Below, piece by piece: positions 1 to 12,780 of a DNA stretch of 64,000 nt. Below the pieces are notes generated by a model. That model was given only the letters and a program-made list of their open reading frames with translations, was not told the origin of the DNA and searched no databases. Made by a program: the position numbers and the translations under genes. Every line of letters begins with the position of its first letter. Positions within the stretch are counted from its first letter, which is position 1. This DNA comes from Octopus sinensis. Its lineage: Eukaryota. The DNA is taken from positions 20,398,001 to 20,462,000 of the forward strand of contig NC_043016.1 in NCBI RefSeq assembly GCF_006345805.1. Reading direction: 5' to 3'.

Positions 1-2481
1 CCTTATCTGCTTCCCTCTCCCATAGCAGTCGCATATCCAAAAGCCTTTACAGGACTGAAAGAAATTGTAATTGTAATCCATGCTGAAACCTGTGCCTGCT
101 TACAGGAAGCTGTTGGACCTGCTACCTTCAGGCAAACTATCATAATGATCTTCTTTTGAGATGCTGAAAACATCCCTCACAACTTCCATCTCAGGCGTCC
201 CTGATTCACAATCTCAGAGCTACTACAATCAACACTAGCACAAGGTAGGTCAGGTGAGATCATTGAAATGCTTGAGCAGAGGTATGTAAATGTGTGCAAT
301 GGAGGAGAACCTCAGTTAGCCTGCTCACCAGCAAGAAGCATAGATACAAGTTCTTCTGAGTGGGCAGCAATGATGGCATAGGTATTCTTTTGGCAGAGGA
401 ATGGATGGATAAGGTGAGTGAGGTAGAAAGGGTGCTTGATAGAATTATTAAGCTAAGATTAGTCCTGGTCACAGAAACGATGAGAGAAAGGTTGCTGGAG
501 TTTTGTGATGTAAATGACTTAATAGTTTGCAACACTAACTTCAGGAAACCTAACTGCCACCTTATCACTTGTCAATCTGATGGGCATACTAGGCAGATTG
601 ACTACATCTTCACCAGAAACAGGGACATGCGGATTTTCATGAATGCAAAGTCTTTCCCAGTTGAAGAATGTACAACTCAACATAGGTTACTGGTTAGCAA
701 TTTCAGACATAGAGATAAAAGCATCCAGTGGCACAAATCAATATGGAAAGGAGATAATGAAAGCTTACAGATCTTGCAAGTTGCTAGAAATTTAGAGATG
801 TCCTTATGAAGCCTTTGATGAGAAGGGGGAAGAGATGGAAATATATGACATAGAGGACAATTAAAAGTTCTTAGGGGACAATCTACTGAGGGTGAAAAAC
901 CAAAGGTGACCTGGTGCTGGAACACTGAGGTCAATAGGGCTATAAAAGAGAAAAGAGGGGTTTGGAAAGAGTGGAAGAGTGGATGTAGCAAAAACAACAT
1001 ATCAGATAGCTATAAGAGAAGCTAGACATCAGCTGTATCTAGCTATGGCAGAAGGAGGAAAGAAGAGGTTTGCCAGTGTCTTACAGCAGGAATATCAGAG
1101 ACTTGAGGTGTTCCAGATTGCTAGGCAGTATGTTAGAGAGAATCAAAATGTTCTGGGAGACAAGTGTGTAAGAACAGATAACAGTATGCTTGCTTTTCGT
1201 GATCCTGAAAAGAAAGAGGAGTGGAGGAGTGGAAGAGCTACCTTGAAAGGCTATTAAATGTGGAGAATGAATGGGAGAAAGAGAATCTCCCTCATATGAA
1301 CCCAACAGCGGGACCAGCTATCCTAGTTGACAGCAGCATGGTAGATAAGGGAATTAAACATATGAAGACAGGGAAGGCCCCTGGTCCATTAAGAGTCACA
1401 GTTGAGATGCCTTAGATACAGTCTAGTCACCTGCATAGTTAGCTAGATTATTCCGGAAGGTATAATCCCAAGTCACTGGCATAGCAGCATCATAGTCAGC
1501 TGCTATAAGGGCAAGGAAGACGCCTTAGCTAGAAGTAATTACAGAGGCATCAAATTGCTGGACCAGGTGGTGAGAGTTGTGATGAGTGTTATAGCCCAGT
1601 TAATTAGGAACAGAATTTGACTAGATGAAATGCAGTTTGGCTTTGTCCAAATAGAAGCACCACTGCAGCAGAAGTTTCACTAAGAATAAGCAGTTGCACT
1701 TGGTATTTGTTGGTCTAAAGAAAGCCTTCCACAGAGTGCCTCACTCTGTGATGTGGTGGTCATTGAGGAAGCTTGAGGTAGACAAGTGGCTTGTTAAAGT
1801 CATACAAGCCATTTACAGAGAGGCTGTTAGTTAGGTAAGAGTTATCCATGGGTACAGTGATGAAATTAGTGTACAGGTAGGTGTTCACTAAGGCTTGCTC
1901 CTCAGCTCTCTTCTATTCATCATCATCCTCCTCCAGGCCATAATCAAGAAATTTAAGACTACAAGCCAAAGGGAACTACTATATGCTCATGATCTGACCC
2001 TTGTAGCAGAAACTGTTTCCACATATGAAATAAATTGCAGGTGTGGAAACAAAACCTGGAATCAAAGTTTTAAAGTTAAGTTAGCAAAGACCAAGGTCCT
2101 AGGAAACAAGAAATTGAACAGGACTCTTCCTCCTTCAGATAAATGGCCCGGCTTGATATATAGGGAGGGTATAGACAGAAATTCCATTTGATGTACCCAG
2201 TGCAAGCTATGGACACACAAGAGGTGCAGTGGAATAGTAGTAGGAAGGTTAACAGAGAAAGTAGTGTTTGTGTATGGAAGATGTACAAGAGCCATAAAGA
2301 CAGCAGATACATGGGAAACTGGTTTCATCAAATGTCCCAGAGTCTCTCTGAAAGTTGTAGATAATTTCTGCTACCTAGGTGACCAAATTAGCAGTGGAGG
2401 AGGTTGTACATAAAATGTAATTGCTAGAGTAAGAAGAGCATGGAGAAAGTTCAGAGAGCTTTTATCTCTGTTGGCAGCCAA

Positions 2482-2522
<41 letters not shown>

Positions 2523-3179
2523 ATAGGAAGATTGTATGATGCTTGTGTATGAACTGCAATGCTACATGGTAGTGAGACGTGGACCCTGAATGCAGAGGGT
2601 ATGCGAAGATTAGAGAGGAATGAAGTTGGTGTGTTCTGCTAGATGTCTGTGTACATGTGTGACAGGGCACTAGTGTATTGAGAGAAACGTTAGGCATAAG
2701 AGGAACTACATGCAATGTGCAAGAGAGGAGACTTTGCTGGTTTGATAATGAGATGGGTGAGGATAGTTGCATAAACAAGTGCCGATCACTTAAATTGGAG
2801 GGAAGTTTTGGAAGAGGTAGACCCAGGAAGACATGAGACAGAGTACAGAAGGCTGATCGCAAAATGCTGAACCTCAGGAAGATGATAGGGGACTGGAATG
2901 TGATGTATTGTTGTACTCAAGAAGACCCACACACCACAACAGAACTGGTATCATAAAACCAAAGTACCAAATGAAAAAATTGGTGCTGTTGCCATGTAAG
3001 AAGCACTGGTGATGGTGTCACATAAAAAGTGCCCAATATACTCTGTAAAGTGGTTGATATTAGGAAGGGCATTGCCAAGCCAAAACAGACTATGGAACCT
3101 GGTATGGCTCCTGGTCTTGCCAGTTCCTGCCAATTATCCAACTTATACCAAGCATGGAAAATGGATTTTAAATGATGAT
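1..3179 (+). mobile_element. RTE-clade LINE, decayed and internally deleted, near full length, in the WDR20 intron downstream of exon 2
   Basis: APE endonuclease pieces (GIGILLAEEW, DLIVCNTNFRKP..HLIT), RT pieces (YKGK.DALARSNYRGIKLLDQV, LSSLLFIIILLQA, ELLYAHDL), a 3' UTR and a GATGAT tail near 3179. Many stops and frameshifts. Confidence 0.85.
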
Positions 3180-3251
3180 ACACACACACACACACACACA
3201 CACTGTGGAGCTTTATCATTGAGCAGTGACGATTACCTGCTCCTGAATTAA

Positions 3252-3520
3252 CATGGAAGTGGCTGAGTATTCCACAAGCACAATTATCTATAATGTATTT
3301 CTCAGGGAAAAATTATTATGACTGTGTAACATGTGCACACCTTTTGAATTACAGACACAATCCACATGATGGGCTTCTGAACAGTGTCTGCTTCTGTCTA
3401 TCCTATTTCACTTGCAAGGTATGGACCAACCTGGAGCTAAAGAAAATTATACCTACCCAAGATAACATGCAAACAATATATTTCCTGGCTGCAAAGTAAA
3501 CTTGTAATCTTTCAGCCATA
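3252..3520. mobile_element. Degenerate SINE-like interspersed repeat
   Basis: Begins catggaagtggctgagtattccaca, recalled as a common octopus repeat. Not verifiable within the window. Confidence 0.35.
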
Positions 3521-3744
3521 CTGCGCTTATACTATCCAATCACTCGCATGTGCATTCATATAAGTGAGTGGACAAATGAAAGAATCTTCTAGGAATTACA
3601 CATATTTTTTAATAATAGTTGAACTCACTCTATATAATCAAAGTTTTATAGGTGTGTAGAACAAACTCATCTCATCAGATATTAGGGAAGATTCAAACTG
3701 TTATAACAATATCTATCTGTCTGTCTATCTATCTATCTGACAGG

Positions 3745-3957
3745 GGTTACCGTGGTCTTTTCCATAGGCTTTTCTTTCTATGGATAAACCTTATCTGCTT
3801 CCCCCTTTACACTTTACATCATGACACTGTGATACACGATCCCTATTGATCGGTTTTTTTCTTTCTTTTCCTTTTTTTTTCTCTCCCCAAAAGAGGAAAG
3901 CTCTACTTTGTAATCTGTTCCATCTGTGTGCAGCCCTGTGTGGCTAATAAAGAAACA

Positions 3958-3988
<31 letters not shown>

Positions 3989-3990
3989 AC
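3745..3990 (+). repeat. Interspersed repeat ending in GGCTAATAAAGAAACA(TATC)n, copy 1
   Basis: Homologous to 63236-63560; the stretch catctgtgtgcagccctgtgtggctaataaagaaacatatc is identical in both. Confidence 0.7.
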
Positions 3991-4483
3991 AATTAATAAA
4001 ACCATAATTCTGTCTTTCTGTCTGGGACCCCTGTATTTGCTCTACATAGACATATTATACCATTTACGAATCAGGATGATCCCAGGTTTGAAAATCTGCC
4101 CTTCATTTGGTTCTTGAACATCCAGCATCTGGATCTGATTTTAAAACATTTGGGTAACTATTTCTAGCAGGTAAAGCTTGGCTAATCCACACCATCTTAG
4201 TTGGCATTTGTCAGATGACATCAGAGATCAAGGGGGAGGCATTCACTTCATTAATTTTACATTGAGATAAGAACTCTGGGACAAATTGACCAACAATTGG
4301 AATGCAACTTGGGACTAGAACAATAGAATGATTGCATTACAGAATTAATTTTCATCTGTCCTTAACCTCTGATAAAATACTACTGGGGCATATAGGCATT
4401 ATAGATATTTTGCAGTCATACTATGTAGCTTTCTTTAGTTTTGGGTCGCAAGACCAATTAGCCCTCTGCAGGAGCTAGTTTAA

Positions 4484-4703
4484 CCCTTTAGTATTTAAAC
4501 CGGCCATTTCCGGCCCAAATATTCTACTTGTTTTATGTTCAGACTGGCCATATTCAGCCACTCACACCTACCCTACAATGTCATTCTAAAAATAAGCAAC
4601 CGCATCATCAAAATCTTAAAGCTACAAGGTAATGCATGATTACTTCAAAACAGTGTGAATCAAAAAGCATTAAATTTGATGGAGTACTCTGAATATTAAA
4701 AGG
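4484..4703 (+). mobile_element. piggyBac-type MITE, copy 1
   Basis: TTAA|CCCTTTAG ... TAAAAGG|TTAA; about 220 bp, non-coding, homologous to 5493-5714. Confidence 0.75.
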
Positions 4704-5492
4704 TTAAAAGTTTAAAAGACCGATATATATATATATATATTAACACAAACACTTAAATACTACATAAGGCACTTCCATACAGTTAATACCTATCAAATCT
4801 CATTTACAAAGCATTGGGCAACCTGAGACTAAAGTAAAAAACAAAAATTCTCAGAGATGCCCCTCAGTTGGATTGAACTCAAATTGACAGGGTTACAAAA
4901 GTGTAGTTCTTAACAACGCATCCAGTCATGTGCGCATGTATGTGCACACACATGCATTTGTGTTTCTTTCTAACCTCTAAATGTTTTGCAGTTCACACTA
5001 CTTTGTCATAATGTCAGCTTTCATAGCTTTTTATAGTCTCAAATTTATTTATGATGATAGAGAAATAATCAACCACCTGATAAGTTGCATTTTGCTCTTA
5101 TGAAGGTTGGCCATGAAGTTAATCTCTAATGCATGCTTTTTTTATTTATTTTTTTTTTTTTTAGATATGTTTATAATAAATTACACCAAACTTGTATTAC
5201 CTGCTTAAAACCAGTTGGCATTACCTGTGGCAGTTTTTTTACTTATTGACAATATGCATTGCTTAACACAAACAGTTGTCCATCAGTATCGATAAGGACC
5301 TAAAAAAATTACCAACTACCATGTGCTGATTTTTCTAAGCTTCACCATGTGAGTCAAATATCCTAATAAGTCATCAAAGGTAATCTTCTATGAACTGATA
5401 TCTCATGTCTTTGGTAACTGAGGGTCATCTTGTGAATGTTATAATGGTTGTCCAAAGTACTAGTTAATAATGACCAGCACTGACCACTTTAA

Positions 5493-5714
5493 CCCTTTAG
5501 CATTTAAACCGGCCATATCCGGCCAAAAGTATTCTGCCTGTTTTATGTTCGAACTGGCCAGATCTGGTCTCTCAGACCAACCCGACAATATCTTTTAAAA
5601 AATTAACAGCTACCTCATCAAAATCTCATAACTACAAGATAATGCATGATTAATTCAAAACAATATGGATAAAAAAAGCATTAATTTTGGCAGAATAATG
5701 TGAACACCAAAGGG
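5493..5714 (+). mobile_element. piggyBac-type MITE, copy 2
   Basis: TTAA|CCCTTTAG ... CAAAGGG|TTAA, with TTAA target duplication and CCCTT/AAGGG termini. Confidence 0.8.
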
Positions 5715-6259
5715 TTAAACAATGGCAGCTAGAAGACAATTAGCAACTAACATTATCTGAAAAGAAAGCTATGGGAGAGATGAGATAAAAAAAAGTTGTA
5801 GTATATGTACTCGCCATCTCCAGATCAAATACACAGTTGCACAATTTGTTTCAGAGTATGCAAATTACTATCTGAAAACTTGTACCTAGGGGTTTGAAGT
5901 ATTCTCATCATACACATGTGCTGCTTAAATAGAAAAATTATCAAAACCCTAGATTTTCTACCTAATGGCTGGAAATATAGCTGTGTGTGTGCATGTGTGC
6001 GCGCGCATGTGTGTGTGTGTTTGTGTGTACAGTGAAAAGTTTTATTTTATCGCTTTGGCTGATTTTAGATTTATGGAATTATAATTCTGCTTATTATAAA
6101 ATATATGCTCAATACCTTTAGCTGTTCAAAAATAACTGAAAATCTCAAAGATTAAACGATTTTATTGAATTAGAAGAATAAAGTTAATGTAAACTTTTTT
6201 AATATTAATGCATATTTTAGGGGTCATTAAAAGCTGAAACAAAGTCTCCTGTAACCTAC

Positions 6260-6442
6260 CTCTTCATTATAAAGCTTGCTTATTTCTTGTTTAATAGGAT
6301 CGATAAGTTGAACTTGGCCAGCAGTAAAGCCAACTAACAACAAGACACTCTCACATGATGCTGACTGATGATTGAAGTCATGACAAGTAGGGAATGTTCC
6401 TTTATAAATCCTTTTATCTATTGGTTTGGTCAGGTCTGCTGC
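6260..6442 (-). CDS. WDR20: WDR20 coding exon 2 (183 nt, 61 codons)
   Basis: Read manually: ttcctatttgtag|GCA GCA GAC CTG ... GAA GAG|gtaggt. Translates AADLTKPIDKRIYKGTFPTCHDFNHQSASCESVLLLVGFTAGQVQLIDPIKQEISKLYNEE, the direct continuation of exon 1 in WDR20 proteins. Phase 0 at both ends. Confidence 0.95.
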
Positions 6443-6599
6443 CTACAAATAGGAACAAGTAATAAGGTCAAGTAGTTAGATAGTAAGATCAAAAAGAACA
6501 TTACAGGAGGTAATAAACAAATTGAAAAAGACAATTGATAATATGGTCAGAACTTTTAATCCTTTTCATGGCATTTTTGAAACACTTATTTTCTTTGTT

Positions 6600-7860
6600 T
6601 AAAAAAATGCAGGAGAGGGCAGGTACTCTATAGATCAGAGGTGGCAATGCTTAAGAACAAGGATGGGCTCACAAAGGGAAGATGGAAGGAGTGTGCAAAA
6701 CTTTCTACACCAGCCTTTTTAAATCATCAGGGAAGCTCAATCCTCCATTGCCACAAATGTTGGAAGAAATTGCACCTATTTTGATCAGTGAAACTGAAAA
6801 TGCACTCAAACTGACAAAAACAGACAAAGCTACTCGGAAATATGGCATCACAACAGAGATGTTAAGACACTGAGGTGAAGAGCTGTGGAAAATCTTCATT
6901 CTACAATTTGAAGGAGGGTAAAAACATCCTCACTGAGGAAAGAGTCAAATAACATCTTGCTTCATAAGAAGGGTGAAAAAAAAAGATTTTAAAAACCATC
7001 ACTCCACCTCTATAAGCTGTTTACAAAGATCATAGTCATCAGACTATCAAAACACCTAAACAATCAATAGCTGAAAGAGTTAATAGGTTTCTGTATGAAC
7101 TACAGTACAATACATCACATATTCACTTTAACACAGCTCAAAAACAAGGGAATGAATAAAGCTTCCTTTGTGTGTCACCTTTGTTTATTCAGGAAATGTC
7201 TTTGACATCAATGAAATGAATGCAGTGTTGATATCTCTGGAAATGTAAGGTGTCATGGTGCAATACATTAAACTGCTCACATATAGCTTTGCTATCACCA
7301 TCAGTAAGGGTTCCAATTAGGAAGGGTAACAAGCAAGGAGATACTATCTTCCCAAAGATTTTTACTGCATATCAAGAAATGGTCATCAGGGACATTGACT
7401 GGACAGATGGCATGAACACCAATGGCATGCAGCTAACATACATCTGATTCACAAATGACATTGTACTCAATACTAAAACCACAGACCAGCTGCAGACCAT
7501 ACTGACTGAGCTGGACACTCTGGTCTAGCAGTAGACTTTAAAATGAACTACATGAAAACAAAAAAATATATACGGTTAAAAGATGAAGCACAAGGCTAAT
7601 GAAATTGAGGATGTAAAGGAATATGCACTGAGAATGGATGCTGAAATCTCAAAGAGAATAAGGGCAGGATGAAAGGTACTTACCTCAATATAGGATGTGT
7701 TCAAAACAAAGACAATAACATGCATACCAGACTCTTCAAAAGCAATCTTACATGTGCTCTTATACACAAGTGAGACATGGGATACTATGAAGAGGATAGA
7801 ACATTGATAGGCAATGATGCAGAGGTCTATGGGAAGATACATGTTAGGAATACCATCATG
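6600..7860 (+). mobile_element. RTE-clade LINE fragment (second subfamily), decayed RT
   Basis: FYTSLF, PIRKGNKQGDTIFPKIFTA (GVRQGD.ISP-like motif B') and NGMQLTYI..DIVL segments, with multiple stops. Confidence 0.7.
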
Positions 7861-8228
7861 ATTCATAATCCTACTTTAAAATTTGAATTAGCTCATAGTT
7901 TTATTCTACAGAAACACAATCTCACTCCTCTCATACAAACCAACCAAATGTTTGCCTTCCCTTGGCTAAAATTAAAGATACCTATCACTATTCACCTCTC
8001 TCTCTCTCTAAATTAATCATTCTTTATAATATCAGTTTGCACGTTAGATTAAATTTATTGTCCAATACAACACTACCTCCCCACTATACACAAATCTGGG
8101 TCTTGGTGCCTTCAGCCTAATATGCATATTTGTTTTTTGGTGAATTGTCATTAATAAGAAAACATCTATTACAGTTCATTTTTGGATTTGGCTTGCAAGA
8201 TTCTTTTTGTGAGTTTATGTGTTGAAGC

Positions 8229-8430
8229 ATATACTGTTGTGTCTGGGAAGAGCCATTCTCTTTTAGTGACTTATAATTTAACATATTCACAGGTAAAATT
8301 TCCACTTATTTCCTTTTTTATTTTTCTTAAATTTTTGTTGTGTCTTGCACCGGTGTGTGTGTGTGTGTGTGTGTGTGTTAAATTATAAGGCACTAAAAGA
8401 GAATGACTCTCCTCAGACACAACAGTATAT
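8229..8430. repeat. Inverted repeat with ~54 bp arms (8229-8282 / 8377-8430)
   Basis: atatactgttgtgtctg...ttataatttaac versus gttaaattataag...cagacacaacagtatat. Confidence 0.75.
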
Positions 8431-8669
8431 CTATTACAGTGTAAATCAGAATAACTTTGCTGCTGCTTAAATAAGAATGAAAACACATTCTTTTTAAGAT
8501 ATGATGTGTGGAAAAAAGCAACAAGGTGTCCCTGAAAAATTATTTCATGGTTTGTTGACTGCTTCTTAAAGACACACCTGGCTTCCTTCCTCAATCTAAA
8601 GTATGATTTAGCCTACACACACACAACCAAGCAAGCCCAAGCAGATGATATATGAGTAAATGTTTATTT

Positions 8670-8887
8670 ATATTTCAAGTTACAATGGATCAAATCTTGA
8701 CAAAAGGGAGCAATTTGGAGGGAGGGGACAGCCAATTACATTGACTTCAGTGCTCGATTAGTACCTATTTTATAAATCTTGAAAGGTTGACAAAGTCAAC
8801 ATCAACAGAATTTGAACTCAGAACATAAAGGACTGTAAGAAAATGTTGATTAAGCATTTTGCTTGATGTATTAACAATTCTGCCTCA
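8670..8887 (-). mobile_element. tRNA-derived SINE, degenerate
   Basis: Contains aatttgaactcagaac and homology to the better copies at 40587-40822 and 41740-41957. Confidence 0.6.
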
Positions 8888-8984
8888 ACACTAATATATA
8901 CAACTGTGCATGCAGCCATATGAGGTGTCTAAGTAAAGAAAAATGACAGGGGGCACAAAAATTTATGTGAAATCCAAAATACAA

Positions 8985-9180
8985 ACTACAAGCTTTCCCC
9001 TTCGAAATAATCCTCTTTGAATCCAACACATTTTCACATCCTTCAGCACCATGCCTCCATGCAGTCGTGGAAGGATTTTCCCAGAATTCTTCCTGGTTCT
9101 GTTATCATGGTCTTCTTGAAAGCTCCTTGTCAGGAAAACAGGTCCCTTTAACAACCCCCTTGAGCTTGGGAAAAGGAAAA
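8985..9180 (-). mobile_element. Mariner transposase C-terminal remnant
   Basis: FPKLKGVVKGT and SFHDCMEAW..M.KCVGFKEDYFEGE resemble the mariner C-terminus. Confidence 0.7.
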
Positions 9181-10242
9181 TGTTATATAGATCCAGATCA
9201 ACACACACACACACAGAGGCACTCCTGAATTACATACCTTAGGTTACAGGATTTTGTGCTTATGAGAATTGTAATGTATGACAATTGATTTCAGGATACA
9301 GTCTGTTCTATCACTCTTTTGGAAATTTGTATTAAAAACAATTTAAAACTACTTAATACACTTTCTTCTTAACTCAATGGCCATTTGCATTTAGTTAAGA
9401 TCAAAGTGTATAGTTAATGATTTCAAAAAATTTCATCATATTACACACATATATATACAGCATACATAGTATGAGTATATAGTATAAACAACAAGCTGGT
9501 GTATTAGTTTGACGCTCAGGAAGGTGAGAAAGTCTTTTATGTTTCGAGCCTACGCTCTTCAACAGAAAGGAACACGAGGAAATAATGAGAGAGAGAGAGA
9601 GAGAGAGTATGTATTTATGTATGTATGTATGCATGCATGTATGTATGCATGCATGTATGCATGTATGTATGTGTGTGTGCATATGAAGTAAATCAAATCT
9701 ATTTCAAATAAAAACATAAATAATATTTTAGCGTATTTTAAAAGGTGAATAAAATGTCTTTGACTATGAGGATTTATTGAGACGAAACAGCCCCAACAAT
9801 ACAATTTCCAAGAATAATGCAACCACCACAACACCAACAATACCTGCCCACCATCACTAGCATCTAAACCAATATAACCCACATCATCAACATCAACCCA
9901 CCGTCTTTTGAATTCAACTGGCTGCAACAGATATCAGTATGTATACTGACAAGCAAGCATGCACATGTGAGTGTGTGTGTGTGTGTGTCTTCATGTCTTG
10001 AGTCATAAATGCAGGGGGTGAATTGCCTACAAAAAAATCTGGTAATTAACTGTAGTCATATACTATTTTCTCTTCCTCAGACCATCACCTTTTCTTTTAA
10101 TCATCATTATTGCATCTCTCAGGAAAAACAATACTCCACTCTCACAAATCAGGTCTCTCTTGGGCCATTTTTTTTTTAACTAACTACCTATTAGTTATGG
10201 ATAATTAATTGCTACTGCTGTTGGATTTGCCTTCAATTTAAA

Positions 10243-10860
10243 ATGTCTGGAAAGAAGCTGTCGAGTAGAATTAAAGGCAGTAGTGCAAAAAGGAACTGTA
10301 AAGAGATTACACTGAATATTAAACTTTGAATATTAAAGTTTTAAAAGAATTGACGCAGAAGAGAAAAGTTATATTGCCAAAACATTAAATCTTGCAACAT
10401 CTACAGTGGGAACAATACATGACAAGAAAGAGAAAATTATGTCAAGTGCTCAAGAAACTACTCGGTTAACTGTCCAGACCTTATTTTTTCATAGATCATG
10501 TGTAATACTTAAAATGGAATGACTCCTGAGTGTGTGGATTGAGGATGAGAATCAGTGTGATGTGCTGATAAACACAATGGTAATTCAAAAAAGAGCCTTA
10601 ATGCTTATGGCAATTTGCAGAAAAAGGAAGGTGAATCTTCTCATCAAAAATCTTTTTTGGCTTGTAAAGGCTGGTTTGAAAGGTTTAACAAAGAAGTGAC
10701 TGGCGAAACTATGAGCGCAAATACAAGTTACCCTAAGCAGTTGAAAAATATGGTTGTTGAAGGGGGTAACACTAGAGCAAGCATGAAACGTTGATGAAAC
10801 TGTACTTCTCTGAAAGTACACACCTGCCAGAACTTTTATTTTACAAGAAAATAACACAGG
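10243..10860 (+). mobile_element. pogo/Tigger-like transposase 5' remnant (CENP-B type HTH)
   Basis: MSGKK..., IAKTLNLATSTVGTI, LLSVWIEDENQ, KGWFERF, VTGE and NVDET motifs across frameshifts. Confidence 0.75.
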
Positions 10861-10976
10861 AACACAATCTAACATAATATGTAAATCAACAGGAAACTTA
10901 ATTTTGCATTACCACTAGAATTTCAAGAATGCATTATTTCTATAAAGTGAGTAATTCGTGTGTGTGTGTGTGTGTA

Positions 10977-11005
10977 CTAGCTAAAACACTCGACATGTCC
11001 GTGTT
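10977..11005 (-). mobile_element. Helitron-like 3' terminus (hairpin + CTAG|T)
   Basis: Minus strand aacacggacatgtcgagtgttttagCTAGt: an imperfect hairpin followed by CTAG and T. Confidence 0.4.
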
Positions 11006-11239
11006 AATGACTCAGAGAATTAACGGTGGCATCACAAAGCTCTTTATCTAAATTATAGTAAATATTTTCGAAAACAAAAAACACTCAACAAATTTTTGGA
11101 CTAAGAACACTTTGTAGACCTTTTTACTTTTCTTCATTTAAGAATATAGTTTGATATCCATATTTCAAACACATGTGAATTCAATTCTGTAAAAATTTGT
11201 ACATAAATTCAAATCTTTTGAATTCCTTTTCAATTTCTG

Positions 11240-11440
11240 ATTAAACTAACCCTTATCCTAACTAAAAATTATAACCCTAAATGCTAATACAAAACACTAA
11301 TGTTAAATGCTAACTCTCAGCTCTTACCTTAAAACTTAACTCAAGATCCTAATCCTAATTTTATCCCTAAAATCTAAACTACAATACTAACCCTAGTATT
11401 AAATCCTAAACCAAACCCCCAGCACTAGCCCTAATTTTTC
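11240..11440 (+). repeat. Degenerate CCCTAA-like (telomere-like) array
   Basis: Repeated aaccct/ccctaa/atccta/aatcct words. Confidence 0.45.
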
Positions 11441-12409
11441 TGTGGAATTACGATCTCCTATGATTGAAATGTATACTTCTAAAGAAAATCAGCAACATTA
11501 AAATAATTACTGTACATAACTTTAAAATTAAGCAGGACAAAAAAATGATAAGCAATTACAATTTTGAAAAACTTTATTTGCAGAATTATAATATCTGGTA
11601 TGTAAAACAGAAAGTACACACAATGTGCACACATGCACACACACAGACATCAGGGTTACCTGATATTACTTGAGAGCCAACCACCATATGACACTGTTTT
11701 GCCATACTAAATACATTTTTGCATTTCATTTTTAAGATTCCTATTTTCAGCCCATGACCTTTCACCTCTTAATTGTGTTAGTTGTTCATCTTATTTACAA
11801 TTTATTCTAAATCTAGAATTTTCTTATAAACAATATTACACATTTTTCCAGAAGGAGCATACATAAAAAGGATTACAGAACTCTCCCTTTCTGTAAATGT
11901 CCAACTGCAACAATTTACACATGTTTTGCACATAAAATCCAGGAAGACCATTTTTTCAATTGCATAATTACAATTAAGATCATAATTAAATTCTACACCT
12001 TGCCATTGAAATCATCTATACTTTTCTGCTGATTTTCTCTAGAAAGCTATTTTTTAGTCGTATTTTTCACTCGCTTTCACTCTCTTGTTTTCTATTTATT
12101 CTACCATTTTCTCTTCTTTTTTGCAATCGTTATTTCTTTGTCATTTTTATTTCTATTTTCTTTCTTTCTCTGCAATTTTATTTCCCTATCTTTATCACCT
12201 TCTTGTTCTCTTGTCCTCCTCTCAAAATCCCTCATTTTTTTGCAACCTAACTTTCCAATGGTTTTTACTCTCTTCAACAGTTTTCAAACTAAGTGTTTGG
12301 ATTCTCATTCTTTTCTCTGTCTCTTTCTTGTTTATATTTCATTTACTTCTACATTTCTTTCATGCTCATGATTGTTTATAGGAAAGGGAGCATTGTAATG
12401 GCCGTTGAC

Positions 12410-12780
12410 AATTTCACCACTATATAATACTGAAATCTCCCTTTCTGTGAATGTCCAACTGCAAACAGTGAACAGAGGAAGAATAATTTCATCGTCATTT
12501 TTGTGATGGACCCGAATTGCAACATTGTACAATTCACTAATAGCAGCTAATTCAACATTATTGCTGTATGTTCCAATCCTATTCATGTATGCAAGCATAC
12601 ATGAGTAGAGTTGGAACATATTCCTGCATTGTACTATTAGGAATAAAAGAATGAAAATACTTCCAATTATTGCACATGTATTGTACGGATTCTTTCTGAA
12701 GAGTTTGGTAATTTCTGTTGTTTTTGAGCAAGAATGACACGGCTCTGAACGTACAGCTACCACCACCCATGACTTTAGTA
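12410..12780 (-). pseudogene. OTU-like cysteine protease domain, frameshifted, probably TE-borne
   Basis: VMGGGSCTFRAVS (Cys box GDG.C.FRA, with D replaced by G), then after a frameshift YMNRIGTYSNNVELAAISELYNVAIRVH ... LYSGEIVNGHYNA (His box). A K/E/R-rich segment follows (~12050-12400). Confidence 0.75.

Noticed and set aside
1-6259. WDR20 exon 3 (expected RLIDKS.VTC.KW...)
   Set aside because: Not found by eye on the minus strand; presumably lies beyond the left edge of the window.
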